Shown piece by piece: positions 1 to 9,526 of a stretch of DNA of 37,952 nt; within the stretch, counting starts at the first letter, position 1; every line of letters begins with the position of its first letter. The translations under genes were made by a program, and so were the position numbers. The notes under the pieces are model-generated. The model was not told the DNA's origin. It saw only the letters and a program-made list of their open reading frames with translations, and ran no database searches. The DNA is taken from contig CAVTCR010000077.1 in NCBI GenBank assembly GCA_963733195.1, positions 1 through 37,952 on the forward strand, given 5' to 3'. This DNA comes from an uncultured delta proteobacterium (GTDB taxonomy: Bacteria; Desulfobacterota; Binatia; Bin18).

Positions 1-382
1 GCAACTCCTCAGGGTCGAGCTGTTGTGAAAGGGTCGTGGACCCTACCAAGTCGATGAACTGCACCGTCAACTGGCGGCGCTCGCCCACCTCACGTCGAGA
101 GTCGAGCGTTTGGGGGCGAGCGTCTAGAGGTTGGGAGCTAGGAGGAGAGGATCAGGGGCTGGGAGCTGGCAAAGGAACACTAGGGACTGTCGTGTCGCCC
201 GTCCAGACCAAAAAGCGTCCGTCTTCATCGGTCGCGAGCCGCTTGGCACCGATGAGCTCTTCCTTGAGGTCTTCCAGGTACTCGTCATCCAGGGCAAACC
301 GCCGCTTTAAGCCCCGGTAGGAGACCCGCTGCTCCCGCTGCAACAACTCCTGGACTTGCGCGAGCACTTCCTCAAACGTCAT
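1..382 (-). CDS. Class III nucleotide cyclase-AAA/STAND-TPR protein, copy 1 (5' part only, runs off the window start; frameshift in the repeat-rich linker)
   Basis: N-terminus [42 protein letters not shown] matches copies 2 and 3. Minus strand 85..2 reads [28 protein letters not shown] (first cyclase strand with the metal-binding Asp). Confidence 0.85.
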
Positions 383-449
383 GGCCTACCCCTAAGCCTC
401 TTTACTCCTTCGTCTGGCTCAGGACAACCCGTAGCCGTCTCCCGCCTGG

Positions 450-958
450 TCATACCGCCAGCCGCTGCCGAGGACTCATGGGCCGTTGCATCCCATCGAC
501 GTACTGGACACCGGTATACACGACAGGGAGTAACTCCGCCCCTTTGAGTTTACGGAATGTCGACTCGGCCACCTGCAATAGCTTCCAGATCAGTGCCGTC
601 GCATTCTCTACTTTCTTGAAGCGTTTGGCTGCGGTGGTGCGCAATCGCACCGTGGCGGGGCTTGCCGTAGCCATTGCGATACCCAGGGGCTGTATCGACG
701 GCCTCTCGCCGGGCTGACTTTGCGCGTCCCAATAACTCAGTGACTTCTTCTTCCAATAAGGCCTGGATGAAGTGTTGGACATGTTCGCGGACAAAGTCTT
801 CTAACCGTTCCCACGTGCTGCTTGTCGTCGGCTCTGGTGTGGTAGTCGTTTGCGTCATGGCGTCTCTCCTTCTCTGCCCGGGTCACAGCCCGGTGGGTTA
901 AGTCACCCGAGAGGATACGCCGCCTGACTCGCGTTTCCACACTTTCTGGAGTTACCTC
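450..958 (-). mobile_element. IS256-family remnant with an internally deleted transposase
   Basis: IS256-type N-terminus (FIQALLEEEVTELLGRAKSARR...GYRNGYGKPR, from 858) is joined in another frame directly to the C-terminus (TVRLRTTAAKRFKKVENATALIWKLLQVAESTFRKL...LAV*); the DDE core is missing. Candidate left end GAGGTAACTCCAGAAAGTGTGGAAA at 958-934. No matching right end seen. Confidence 0.8.
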
Positions 959-1023
959 CGGACTTCCTCCAATATGCGCAATCCGCTAGATAATGTGGAG
1001 ACTTGCAAAAAACGAGGGCATCC

Positions 1024-3045
1024 ATGTGGCGTGTAGGAATTGATGTCGGCGGAACGTTTACCGATCTATTTGCTTGGGAAGAAGAGAGTGGCAAGAGTGT
1101 TACGGCCAAGGTATTAACCACTAAGCATGATCGTGCTCTGGGAGTACTGCAGGCGATCGAGCAGGCGCAACTACCTGTAAATCGTATTGCCGCACTGATT
1201 CATGGTTCAACGACTGCGACCAATGCGCTTATCGAGAGGTCTTTTCCACCTGCGGCAATGGTCACCACCGATGGCTTTCGCGATACGATCGAAATTGGCC
1301 GCCAACGCCGCGAACGGCTGTATGATCCCTATCAAAGCAAACCCAGACCCCTCATTCGGCGACGCTACCGGCTGACTGTTCCTGAACGGATCAGTGCTCA
1401 AGGTGAGGTACTGACACCGCTTGATGAGGAAGCTGCCCATCGCGCCGCCGATCGCATTGCGGAAATGGAACTTGGTTCAGTCGCGGTGGCCTTTATCAAT
1501 GCCTACGTCAATCCGACCCATGAACAGCGGATGGGAGAAATTCTTCGTGCGCGATTACCCCAAGCCTACATTGCCCTTTCATCGGAAACGCAGCCAAAGT
1601 TTCGGGAACTTGGACGTTTCACGACAACCGCGATTCGTGCGGTTCTGCTACCAGTGATGAGCGTGTACTTCTCTCGATTAGAAACGATGCTGCGTGAGCG
1701 TGGTTTTACTGGCTCGCTTTCTATCATCAAGAGTAACGGTGGCATGATGGGTGTTGAGCTGGCAAAACAGAGACCCGAAGAATTGATTGAATCTGGTCCG
1801 GCTGGTGGAGTTGCGTATGCAAGCTATCTCAGCGGACGATCTGGGTTCCCGCGGGCGATTCATACTGACATGGGCGGGACGAGTTTTGACACATCGATCG
1901 TCGAAGAAGGACAGGGGTTGATTACTCGTGAGTATGAACTCGAGTGGGAAGTGCCAGTGATCGTACCGATGCTCGATATTCGCAGTGTCGGGGCCGGTGG
2001 TGGGTCGATTGCCTGGGTGGACGATGGCGGATCACTCCGAGTTGGTCCGCAGAGTGCGGGATCAGAGCCAGGACCGGCATGCTATGGTCGCGGAGGTAAA
2101 GAGGCGACCGTGACCGATGCGAACTTACTATTAGGTAGACTCGAACCGACATTAGGAGGCAAATTTACTCTCGACCGAGGAGCGGCAGAGTCGGTTGTTG
2201 CTCAGGTTGCCCAGCAGGTGAATCTCGACATGTTACGAGCCGCGGAAGGCATCATTCAGATTACGTGCGAGAATATGGCGCAGGCGATCAAGATGGTGCT
2301 CATCGATCGGGGCCGTGATCCACGTGACTTCGTGCTGGTGAGTTTTGGTGGCGCTGGACCAATGCATGCCTGTTTTATTGCTCGTGCACTCAGCATCCCG
2401 CAAGTGGTCGTGCCAGCGTATGCTGGTGTCGCCTCTGCTTTTGGGGCCACGGCGATGGATGTTCGCCATGACATCGAGGCTTTCTTTTATTCACCAGTCG
2501 AAGGAATCGACCTCGTTCGTCTCAATCAGTTATATGATCAGCTCGAACAGCGGGGAAAAGATTTGCTTGCGCTTGAGCAAGCCGGCCACGCTCGCATATC
2601 CGTGTCGCGCGGTGCACAGATGCGTTATATCGGTCAGTCGTATGAAGTCGAGACGCTAGTGCCTGCTGGTCGCTTAACTGTAAATGAGATGCCTCACGTT
2701 GTGCAGAGTTTTCACAAAGAACATGAGCGCGAGTATGGAGTGGCTTCTACTCAGTTTGCTCCGGCCTTTGTCAGCTTAGGAGTCACGGTTATTGGCCACA
2801 ACGAGCGACCACCGATCGTGCAAGTGAACACTGCAACTGACCAGGAGCCGCGCAAAGGCGAGCGGCGAGTGTATTTTGCTGGTCATTGGTTGCCAACACC
2901 AGTCTACGATGGTCAGCGGCTTGCACAAGGATATTCGTTCCGCGGGCCAGCGATTGTCGAGTATGAACATGCCTGTGCTGTACTGCCACCAGACACGTCG
3001 GCAGTTGTAGATGCATTGGATAATCTCGTTATTACTGTAAGGTAA
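1024..3045 (+). CDS. hyuA: Hydantoinase A / 5-oxoprolinase ATP-binding subunit
   Basis: Motifs GIDVGGTFTD, HGSTTATNA, ESGPAGGV, DMGGTSFD, GAGGGSIA, GPQSAGSEPGPACYGRGG, FGGAGPMH. ATG at 1024 follows GAGG. Confidence 0.92.
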   Translation: MWRVGIDVGGTFTDLFAWEEESGKSVTAKVLTTKHDRALGVLQAIEQAQLPVNRIAALIHGSTTATNALIERSFPPAAMVTTDGFRDTIEIGRQRRERLYDPYQSKPRPLIRRRYRLTVPERISAQGEVLTPLDEEAAHRAADRIAEMELGSVAVAFINAYVNPTHEQRMGEILRARLPQAYIALSSETQPKFRELGRFTTTAIRAVLLPVMSVYFSRLETMLRERGFTGSLSIIKSNGGMMGVELAKQRPEELIESGPAGGVAYASYLSGRSGFPRAIHTDMGGTSFDTSIVEEGQGLITREYELEWEVPVIVPMLDIRSVGAGGGSIAWVDDGGSLRVGPQSAGSEPGPACYGRGGKEATVTDANLLLGRLEPTLGGKFTLDRGAAESVVAQVAQQVNLDMLRAAEGIIQITCENMAQAIKMVLIDRGRDPRDFVLVSFGGAGPMHACFIARALSIPQVVVPAYAGVASAFGATAMDVRHDIEAFFYSPVEGIDLVRLNQLYDQLEQRGKDLLALEQAGHARISVSRGAQMRYIGQSYEVETLVPAGRLTVNEMPHVVQSFHKEHEREYGVASTQFAPAFVSLGVTVIGHNERPPIVQVNTATDQEPRKGERRVYFAGHWLPTPVYDGQRLAQGYSFRGPAIVEYEHACAVLPPDTSAVVDALDNLVITVR

Positions 3046-3050
3046 AGTTC

Positions 3051-3143
3051 CCAGTAGTCAGTTGCCAGTTGTCAGCTTAGGATTCTCCCATGGGTCAGAC
3101 GTATAGGGATCTGGTGGTTTGACAACTGAAAACTGATAACTGG
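3051..3143. repeat. Inverted pair of heptamer tandem arrays (YCAGTTG-like / TGAYAAC-like)
   Basis: ccagtag-tcagttg-ccagttg-tcag (3051-3075) and the complementary tgacaac-tgaaaac-tgataac-tgg (3120-3143), between hyuA and hyuB. Confidence 0.75.
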
Positions 3144-3181
3144 TATTGATCTGACTAGTGAATTAACTAAAGGAGTACACT

Positions 3182-5054
3182 ATGGCACTCTCAGCAATTC
3201 CCGCGATACAACAGCCCACACTTGATCCAGTAACCTTCGAGGTGTTGCGCAGCCTTTTTGATTACGCCTGTGCGCGGATGAGTCAGATCCTACAGAAGAC
3301 CTCATTCTCGCCGATTCTCTATGACATGGTGGATTTCTCCAATGCAATTTACGATGCTGAGCTCAACCTTCTTGGACAGACGGCGAACTGTCCGGTCCAC
3401 CTCGCAGCCATGCAGTTCAGCGCCCGTGCTGCTGGACGACGCTATCGGTCTGGAGAATCTCAAAGAGGGCGACGTCATCGTCGTGAACGACCCCTACGAA
3501 GGTGGAACGCATATGAATGACATCACCTTTACCATGCCGATTTTCTATCGTGGTAAGATTCTCGGTTTTGCTGTGAGCCGTGGACATTGGACGGATCTTG
3601 GTGGTGGTGCTGCCGGTGGACAAGCGTTCGGTACGCATATCGCGGCTGAGGGGTTGCGCCTGCCGCCGATCAAACTGTTTGAGAATTACACCATCAATGA
3701 AGATTTTCGTCGCATCATTATGAACAATACCCGGACGCCGCAGTATGTCGAGGGTGACATTCAAGCCCATCTTGGCGCACTGCGGGCAGCGGAGGCAGAA
3801 CTGCAACGTGCAGCAGATCGATATGGTGAGGAAAACGTACGACTGGCGATGACAGAAGTGATTGCCTACACCGAGCGCATGACCCGTAAAGCCATCGCCG
3901 AGATTCCTGACGGTGAGTACGAAGGCGAGGACTATGCAGATACCGACGGTTTCTCCGACGAGCCGATCCGGATCAAGGTCAAACTGATTGTGAAAGGCGA
4001 GGAAATCACCGTTGATTTTGCTGGCACTGATCCGATTGTGACTGGTGCGATTAATTCGCCGATGGCGAACACGTCATCGGCTGTGTATTATTCGCTGAAG
4101 TTTTTCCTCAGTCCCGATGCACCAGCGAACGGGGGTATGTTCGCGCCGATCACAATCTTGCTACCGGATAACTGTTGGCTGAATGCCAAGTGGCCTGCGC
4201 CGACGATTGCCTGCACCACATTGACGGCCTCGAAAATTACCAGTGCCATCTGGCAAGCCTTGGCGAAAGCGATCCCGCAGCGTGCGATGGCATCGACCTT
4301 CGCGGAATGCAACTGGTTCGTGTGCGCGGTGAAAGATCCACAGAGCGGTTATCTTTCTGTCTTTTCTGATCTGCCTGCTGGCGGTTGGGGTGGGACTCCC
4401 TTCGGTGACGGTATGTGCGTGACGCAAGACCCGCTCGGCAACTGTATGAATTTACCTGCTGAGACGGCGGAACTGCTGTTTCCCATCGTTTACGAAGCGT
4501 TTGATTTCCGCTCTGATTCAGCTGGCGCTGGGAAGAATCGTGGTGGCCTTGGGGCACGTCTGCAAATTAAATTTCTCGGCGATGCCGAGCTAAGCATGGA
4601 AACTGCGCGAACCCGAGAAGGCAGCCCCGGCGTGAGTGGTGGACTGCATAGTCCCGTGCAACGTTTGACGAAGATTCATCCAAACAGCCGTAGAGAGACC
4701 ATTGGCGGATGGGCCGAAGACGGACAATGGAAGAAATGTTTGCTCGCTGCGTATCGCTTCACTCCTGGTGAGCGCTTCGTTTTTGAAAGCACCGGAGGTG
4801 GAGGATGGGGAAATCCGTTGGAACGAGATGTGGAAAAAGTGCTTGATGATGTGTTGGACGAATATGTGTCGATCGAGGCGGCTCGTGACATCTACGGGGT
4901 CGTCATTGATTCAAAGACCCTTAAGCTGGACTCCAAGGCGACGACATTTTTACGTGATCAGAAGCGACAAGCGAACGGCAACGGTGCATTCGTCACAACC
5001 AATGGCAATATCTCCGCTTCTCCGACTGACTATGTCCCAGCTGCGGCTAAATGA
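3182..5054 (+). CDS. hyuB: Hydantoinase B / oxoprolinase subunit (one frameshift near 3430)
   Basis: LDPVTFEVL...TSFSPILYDMVDFS in ORF 3182; NDPYEGGTHMND, GHWTDLGG, DSAGAGKNRGGLG and TGGGGWGNPLERD in ORF 3321. AAGGAG RBS before 3182. Confidence 0.9.
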
Positions 5055-5064
5055 TGAGGTGTGA

Positions 5065-5583
5065 TTGATCAGTTCCTCTACGGCAAAAACATGGGAAAGG
5101 CTCGGTGTTGTCTGGACCCTCATTATCCTTTGCATCACTACCATGCCCTGGAGCAACTTCACCGGGCATTCGCATTGGCAACAGGTGCGGTGGCTTCCCT
5201 TTTCTGAGGCATGCGTGAAATTATGGTTTGCTGGCGATGTGCTCGGCAACATTTTGCTTTTTGTCCCGTTGGGATGGTGTGTCGTTCTCGCGCAACCCTA
5301 CCAATGGCGGAACCAACTTAGACGAATTGTATTTGCTGCTGCCATGCTGTCTCTTTCAGTTGAGTTCTTTCAAGTATTTTGTCACAACCGTTCACCTGCG
5401 ATGAGCGATGTATGCACGAACATATTGGGTGCGGTGCTCGGGGCGTTTCTGGCGCTTCGTGGTCAGAACTCTGGCGAGAGGCACTCACCGCTGGGGCGAA
5501 CGGTTCTTCGGCTTAAGGAATGGACAGTGAACCGTCCAGAGGGGAGGGTTCAACGTCTTGAGTCAAACGCTCAAACGAAATAG
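5065..5583 (+). CDS. VanZ-family membrane protein
   Basis: DVLGNILLFVPLG, LSLSVEFFQVF and SDVCTNILGAVLG motifs; hydrophobic segments. Confidence 0.85.
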   Translation: MISSSTAKTWERLGVVWTLIILCITTMPWSNFTGHSHWQQVRWLPFSEACVKLWFAGDVLGNILLFVPLGWCVVLAQPYQWRNQLRRIVFAAAMLSLSVEFFQVFCHNRSPAMSDVCTNILGAVLGAFLALRGQNSGERHSPLGRTVLRLKEWTVNRPEGRVQRLESNAQTK

Positions 5584-5621
5584 TCTTTTGACTCTCGACT
5601 CCGAGACTCTGGACTCTAGAC
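5533..5621. repeat. Heptamer arrays (GTCCAGA / GACTCTN) between convergent genes
   Basis: tttgactctcgactccgagactctggactctagact, with a degenerate complementary arm (gtccagag...gtcttgagtcaaa) inside the vanZ 3' end. Confidence 0.55.
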
Positions 5622-7793
5622 TTTCCTTTTCCGATACATTGAGACAGCCGCACCGATCAAGAGAATCGCGACAGGTTCGATCACTGCCGTGAGCCAAAAC
5701 AGAATCCGAGCTGTGCGGGCCGTGAGCGTAACGTTTGAAAGCTTCGGTGCTGTCTCTTCGTCTTTAGGCCGTTCAGTAATGAGTTGCTCTTCCCCGGCAA
5801 GCCACTGAATCGTATTAAGCAAGAGATCCTTATTGCCAAGAAGCGAAAGCCGGGAGTTGCTGGCAAAATCACTATCCCCATAAACGACGATGCGGGCCAT
5901 ACGACTAGGAGCTTTTGTGCTTGCTCCTGGGGATGCTACTCCTTCGTCAAGATTGATTGTAGCGGCGACAGCGATACCGATAGGTCCAGGTCGAGCCTTG
6001 GTCCCTTCAAACTCGACAGCTCCTTCCGGTGCCATATCGTTTGAACGATACCGTGCCCACGAGCCTGGTCCCGTGCTACAGAACGGAGCTGCAGAAATCG
6101 CCGGACTCGGCGACGGTTTAATAACGTCAACCGAACGTGTCAATGGAAAGATCGTATTCAAGCGCAATTCTTTTACAATCGGAACACTAAGATTATAGAG
6201 CGAGACCAGAGGGCTTAACGCATCGCCACCAAACAAACGGTTCTCTGGGTCGTAGACAACATCTTCGGTGAGTTTGATTCCGTATCGCGCGAGTGCCGCC
6301 GTAAGGTTTGGAACTGGGAGCGGATCAATCATGAAGAGTACGTGTCCGCCTCCCTGAATATAGGTGTGCAGGGGGTCGAGTTCTTCTGGCTGAAAATCGG
6401 CCTGAGGGCCACTGATAATAACAAGCCCCGCATCTTCGGGGACGCGAGCTTCGCGCCCGAGCTGTAACGGTCGCAGGTCGAAGTTCTCGTTGACAAGGGC
6501 TGCCGCTGCCTCACTATAGCCTTCGCGTGGGCTGTTGTCGCGCGGGTCTTTTTCACCGTGGCCACCCACGAAGTACACTGTCTTCCTTTGGCGGTGGACA
6601 AGTTGGAACAGCGCTTGAGTAATCAATTGTTCTGTGGCAACCGGAAGTATTTTCCGTTGTCCTTCATATTCGATCACGGTCATGTTGTTGTAATTGGCTC
6701 CATACTCCTGAGCTAGCGCTTGGTTCCGTTCGCGAAAAAGAATCTGATACTGAAAGCTCGGATTCTCAGTTGCGTAGCGTTTGAAGAGATCAGCAAATGC
6801 CTGATAGGCATCTGGCGAGCCACCAAAGAACATGGTTGCCTTTGCCTCACGGTCGAGTCCGCGAAGAAGATCGCGGGTCTGTTGTGAAAGGGAAAGTGCC
6901 TTGGTGGGAGTAAGATCCCAGCGGATATTATGGTGAATGAAGAAGGTTTGCAGCGTAACAATACCCACTAGCAGTGCGATATCGATGATACCCACAATCA
7001 GCCATTGGTTACGGCTGGGCGTCGCCAAAAACGTACCGACCGAGGCGAATTCGCCCTTCCCACGCCAGCGCCGTGACCGCAGCACTTGCCACGTCAACAC
7101 CAAAAAGAAGGTGACAAACAAGAGAAAAAACATGATTTCTTGGGAATCAATCGCACCACGAGAAAAGTTTGTGAAACGATCAAATAGTGAGATCTGTAAA
7201 AGGGTATTGAGGAGCACTTCGTTGACGGCTTGTTCATTCCACGTGAGCGACCAGAACAACACTAACACACCAAGGGTTCCCATCGCGGCGATGGCCTGGC
7301 TATCTGTTGTGGCCGACAGCAACAACCCGACACTGATGAACGCGAGACCAAGGAGAAAGAGCCCAAGGTAGCAGGCAAAGAGGGGGGCCCAATTCACACC
7401 GGGATGGTACCAAGACAACGCCAGCGGATAGAGGAGCGTCAGGAGAAGCACCACGATAAGCAAAACAACTGAAGCGAGAAATTTCCCCAGCAGGACACTG
7501 CCCTCGGGAACGGGATACGTCCATAAGAGATCAAGCGTTCCGAGTTTCTTCTCCTCAGCAAATGCACGCGCAGTGAGGACCGGGACAAGCAGCATGAGGA
7601 CGAAACGGAGGTCATGGAACACAAACTCCCATAGCCCCTTCTCGAGATCAGTGCCGCCGAAAAGCATGAAAAGGCTAAGATCGGTATAAAAAAAGAACCC
7701 CGACAGCGCCAGCGCGACGGCGACGACGGCATAGGCGAGAAACAGCCCAAAGGACGAACGTAACTCTCGAACGAGAACAGCGAAGAACAGCAT
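5616..7793 (-). CDS. ABC-2 permease fused to a GldG-like domain (GldF-GldG type)
   Basis: AEEKKLGTLDLLWTYP permease motif; RWDLTPTKALSLS, VYFVGGHGEK and VVYGDSDFASN...GNKDLLLN GldG motifs; C-terminal TM helix. Confidence 0.85.
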   Translation of the reverse strand: MLFFAVLVRELRSSFGLFLAYAVVAVALALSGFFFYTDLSLFMLFGGTDLEKGLWEFVFHDLRFVLMLLVPVLTARAFAEEKKLGTLDLLWTYPVPEGSVLLGKFLASVVLLIVVLLLTLLYPLALSWYHPGVNWAPLFACYLGLFLLGLAFISVGLLLSATTDSQAIAAMGTLGVLVLFWSLTWNEQAVNEVLLNTLLQISLFDRFTNFSRGAIDSQEIMFFLLFVTFFLVLTWQVLRSRRWRGKGEFASVGTFLATPSRNQWLIVGIIDIALLVGIVTLQTFFIHHNIRWDLTPTKALSLSQQTRDLLRGLDREAKATMFFGGSPDAYQAFADLFKRYATENPSFQYQILFRERNQALAQEYGANYNNMTVIEYEGQRKILPVATEQLITQALFQLVHRQRKTVYFVGGHGEKDPRDNSPREGYSEAAAALVNENFDLRPLQLGREARVPEDAGLVIISGPQADFQPEELDPLHTYIQGGGHVLFMIDPLPVPNLTAALARYGIKLTEDVVYDPENRLFGGDALSPLVSLYNLSVPIVKELRLNTIFPLTRSVDVIKPSPSPAISAAPFCSTGPGSWARYRSNDMAPEGAVEFEGTKARPGPIGIAVAATINLDEGVASPGASTKAPSRMARIVVYGDSDFASNSRLSLLGNKDLLLNTIQWLAGEEQLITERPKDEETAPKLSNVTLTARTARILFWLTAVIEPVAILLIGAAVSMYRKRKV

Positions 7794-7899
7794 AACAATG
7801 AAGAATTAAGAATTAAAAATTAAGAATGTGAAAGCGCATACGAAGAACATTGGCTTCTCATTCATCATTCATCATTTTGCATTCTGAATTCTTCATTCT
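7794..7899. repeat. Inverted AT-rich heptamer arrays (AAGAATK / CATTCWT)
   Basis: aagaattaagaattaaaaattaagaatg facing ttcatcattcatcattttgcattctgaattcttcattct. The second arm encodes the last residues (RMKNSECKMMNDE) of the ABC ATPase. Confidence 0.7.
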
Positions 7900-8835
7900 T
7901 TCCTTCTGGTCCACGACCTTATGGAAAATTTCTTCCAAGTCCATTTCACGGGACCGAAGCTCAAACAGCCGCCAATGCTGAGCAGTGATAGTATCTACTA
8001 ACGCCGGGCGAATATCGTCCCGTTGATCGGCCTTGATCGTATACACACTGGGGCCAGTAACCACTGCCGCTTCGACTTGCACCTCGCGCACTCCTGGAAG
8101 CATTCGCAGTGCGTGGGCAACTGCTTCAGTTGGGCCATCAATTTGTGCAACCACTTCGCTTGCGTCGCGTAGACGCAGCGTCAGATTGCCGGGTGTATCG
8201 AGCGCGAGTAAATGGCCACGGTTAATGATCATGACACGGTCACACGTCATACGGACTTCGGGAAGGATATGGGTCGAGAGGATCACCGTGCGGCGTCCGT
8301 GCATCCCGCGAATCAAGCCACGAAACTCTGCTGCTTGTTCGGGGTCGAGGCCGATAGTCGGTTCATCGAGAATCAAAACAGCGGGATCATTCAACAGTGC
8401 TTGCGCGAGGCCAACACGTTGTCGATAGCCTTTGGACAGCGTGCCAATGTAATTTCGCGCTTTTTCGCCTAAATCGAGTTCCTCAATGACACGTTGGATA
8501 CGCTGGCGACGATCCTCACCTTTTAGGCCCTTCATCTTGCCAACAAAATCGAGATACGCTGTCACATCCATTTCTGGATAGAGTGCAATAACCTCGGGCA
8601 TGTACCCCAAGTGTCGTCGCACCTCAAACGACTCCCGCAAGACATTATGGCCAGCGACTTCTGCTGAGCCAGAGGTCGGAGCGAGAATACAGGCGAGAAT
8701 GCGCATTGTGGTCGATTTTCCTGCACCATTCGGCCCAAGGAGGCCGACGATCTCGCCGTTATTGACAGTGAAGCTCACATTGGTAATGGCCGGAAAGGTG
8801 CCATAGAGCTTCGTGAGGCCGTGGGCTGTGATCAT
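7858..8835 (-). CDS. ABC transporter ATP-binding protein (GldA-like)
   Basis: Walker A GPNGAGKST, signature LSKGYRQRV, Walker B LILDEPT, H-loop STH. Likely start is ATG 8835 (MITAHGLTK). Confidence 0.92.
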   Translation of the reverse strand: MITAHGLTKLYGTFPAITNVSFTVNNGEIVGLLGPNGAGKSTTMRILACILAPTSGSAEVAGHNVLRESFEVRRHLGYMPEVIALYPEMDVTAYLDFVGKMKGLKGEDRRQRIQRVIEELDLGEKARNYIGTLSKGYRQRVGLAQALLNDPAVLILDEPTIGLDPEQAAEFRGLIRGMHGRRTVILSTHILPEVRMTCDRVMIINRGHLLALDTPGNLTLRLRDASEVVAQIDGPTEAVAHALRMLPGVREVQVEAAVVTGPSVYTIKADQRDDIRPALVDTITAQHWRLFELRSREMDLEEIFHKVVDQKERMKNSECKMMNDE

Positions 8836-9072
8836 AAATAGATAGGGGGTCGACCACCAAAACCAACAGTGGGGCAAACAGTACCGGAGCAACTATCGGG
8901 AATCAATTCCCATTAGCGCACCAGTATGCTTTCTATAATCGCTTCTCCCAGGGGAGAGTTCCCCGAGCTGCATGGGGTGTCGCATGCCGCATCTCCATGC
9001 TGGCGAGATATTTTTGCTAACTCGAACCATAGAAGATTTGTACACTTCCCCGCCCCCAGTGGGACACTGTCC

Positions 9073-9164
9073 CGTTCGTCCTGAGCGTAGCGGAGCGAAG
9101 TCGAAGGGCGCCAAAACAAGTCTCCCGCATGCTTCGACTTTGCCCTCTGGGCTACGCTGCTCAG
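9073..9164. repeat. Palindromic REP/MITE-like element
   Basis: ctgagcgtagc...aagtcgaag pairs with cttcgactt...gctacgct(gct)cag. Confidence 0.65.
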
Positions 9165-9180
9165 AAACAAATCTTCAATC

Positions 9181-9260
9181 CTCCGTCCCAGGCTCTGCCT
9201 GGAACGGCAGTAGTCAGGAGACTCCGTCTCATTCCGTCCCCAGGCCGAGCCTGGGGACGA
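9181..9260. repeat. Second REP-like doublet (CCCAGGC-n-GCCTGG hairpins)
   Basis: cgtcccaggctctgcctggaacg and cgtccccaggccgagcctggggacg hairpins. Confidence 0.6.
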
Positions 9261-9526
9261 GCACGTGTCCCGTTTTTACTTGAAGGCTTAGCGTCAGCGC
9301 TATGGACAACTCAGCATGAGCGGGTTTGGTAGGCAGTGTGCCAATGTCGTGTGGTTCGATTTAGAGCCTGCTTCTTGTCCGGCAGCGATAAACCGCCTAC
9401 ATAGTGAGGAGACTTTCCCTTGGGGAGGAAACCCATCGCCCACAGGGACCAGGATGCTGGTGGGGATCTGTGCGCCAAGGGGAGGCGTACTGCAAGCGGA
9501 GATCATCCGCGGAGTGAGAACAGCGT

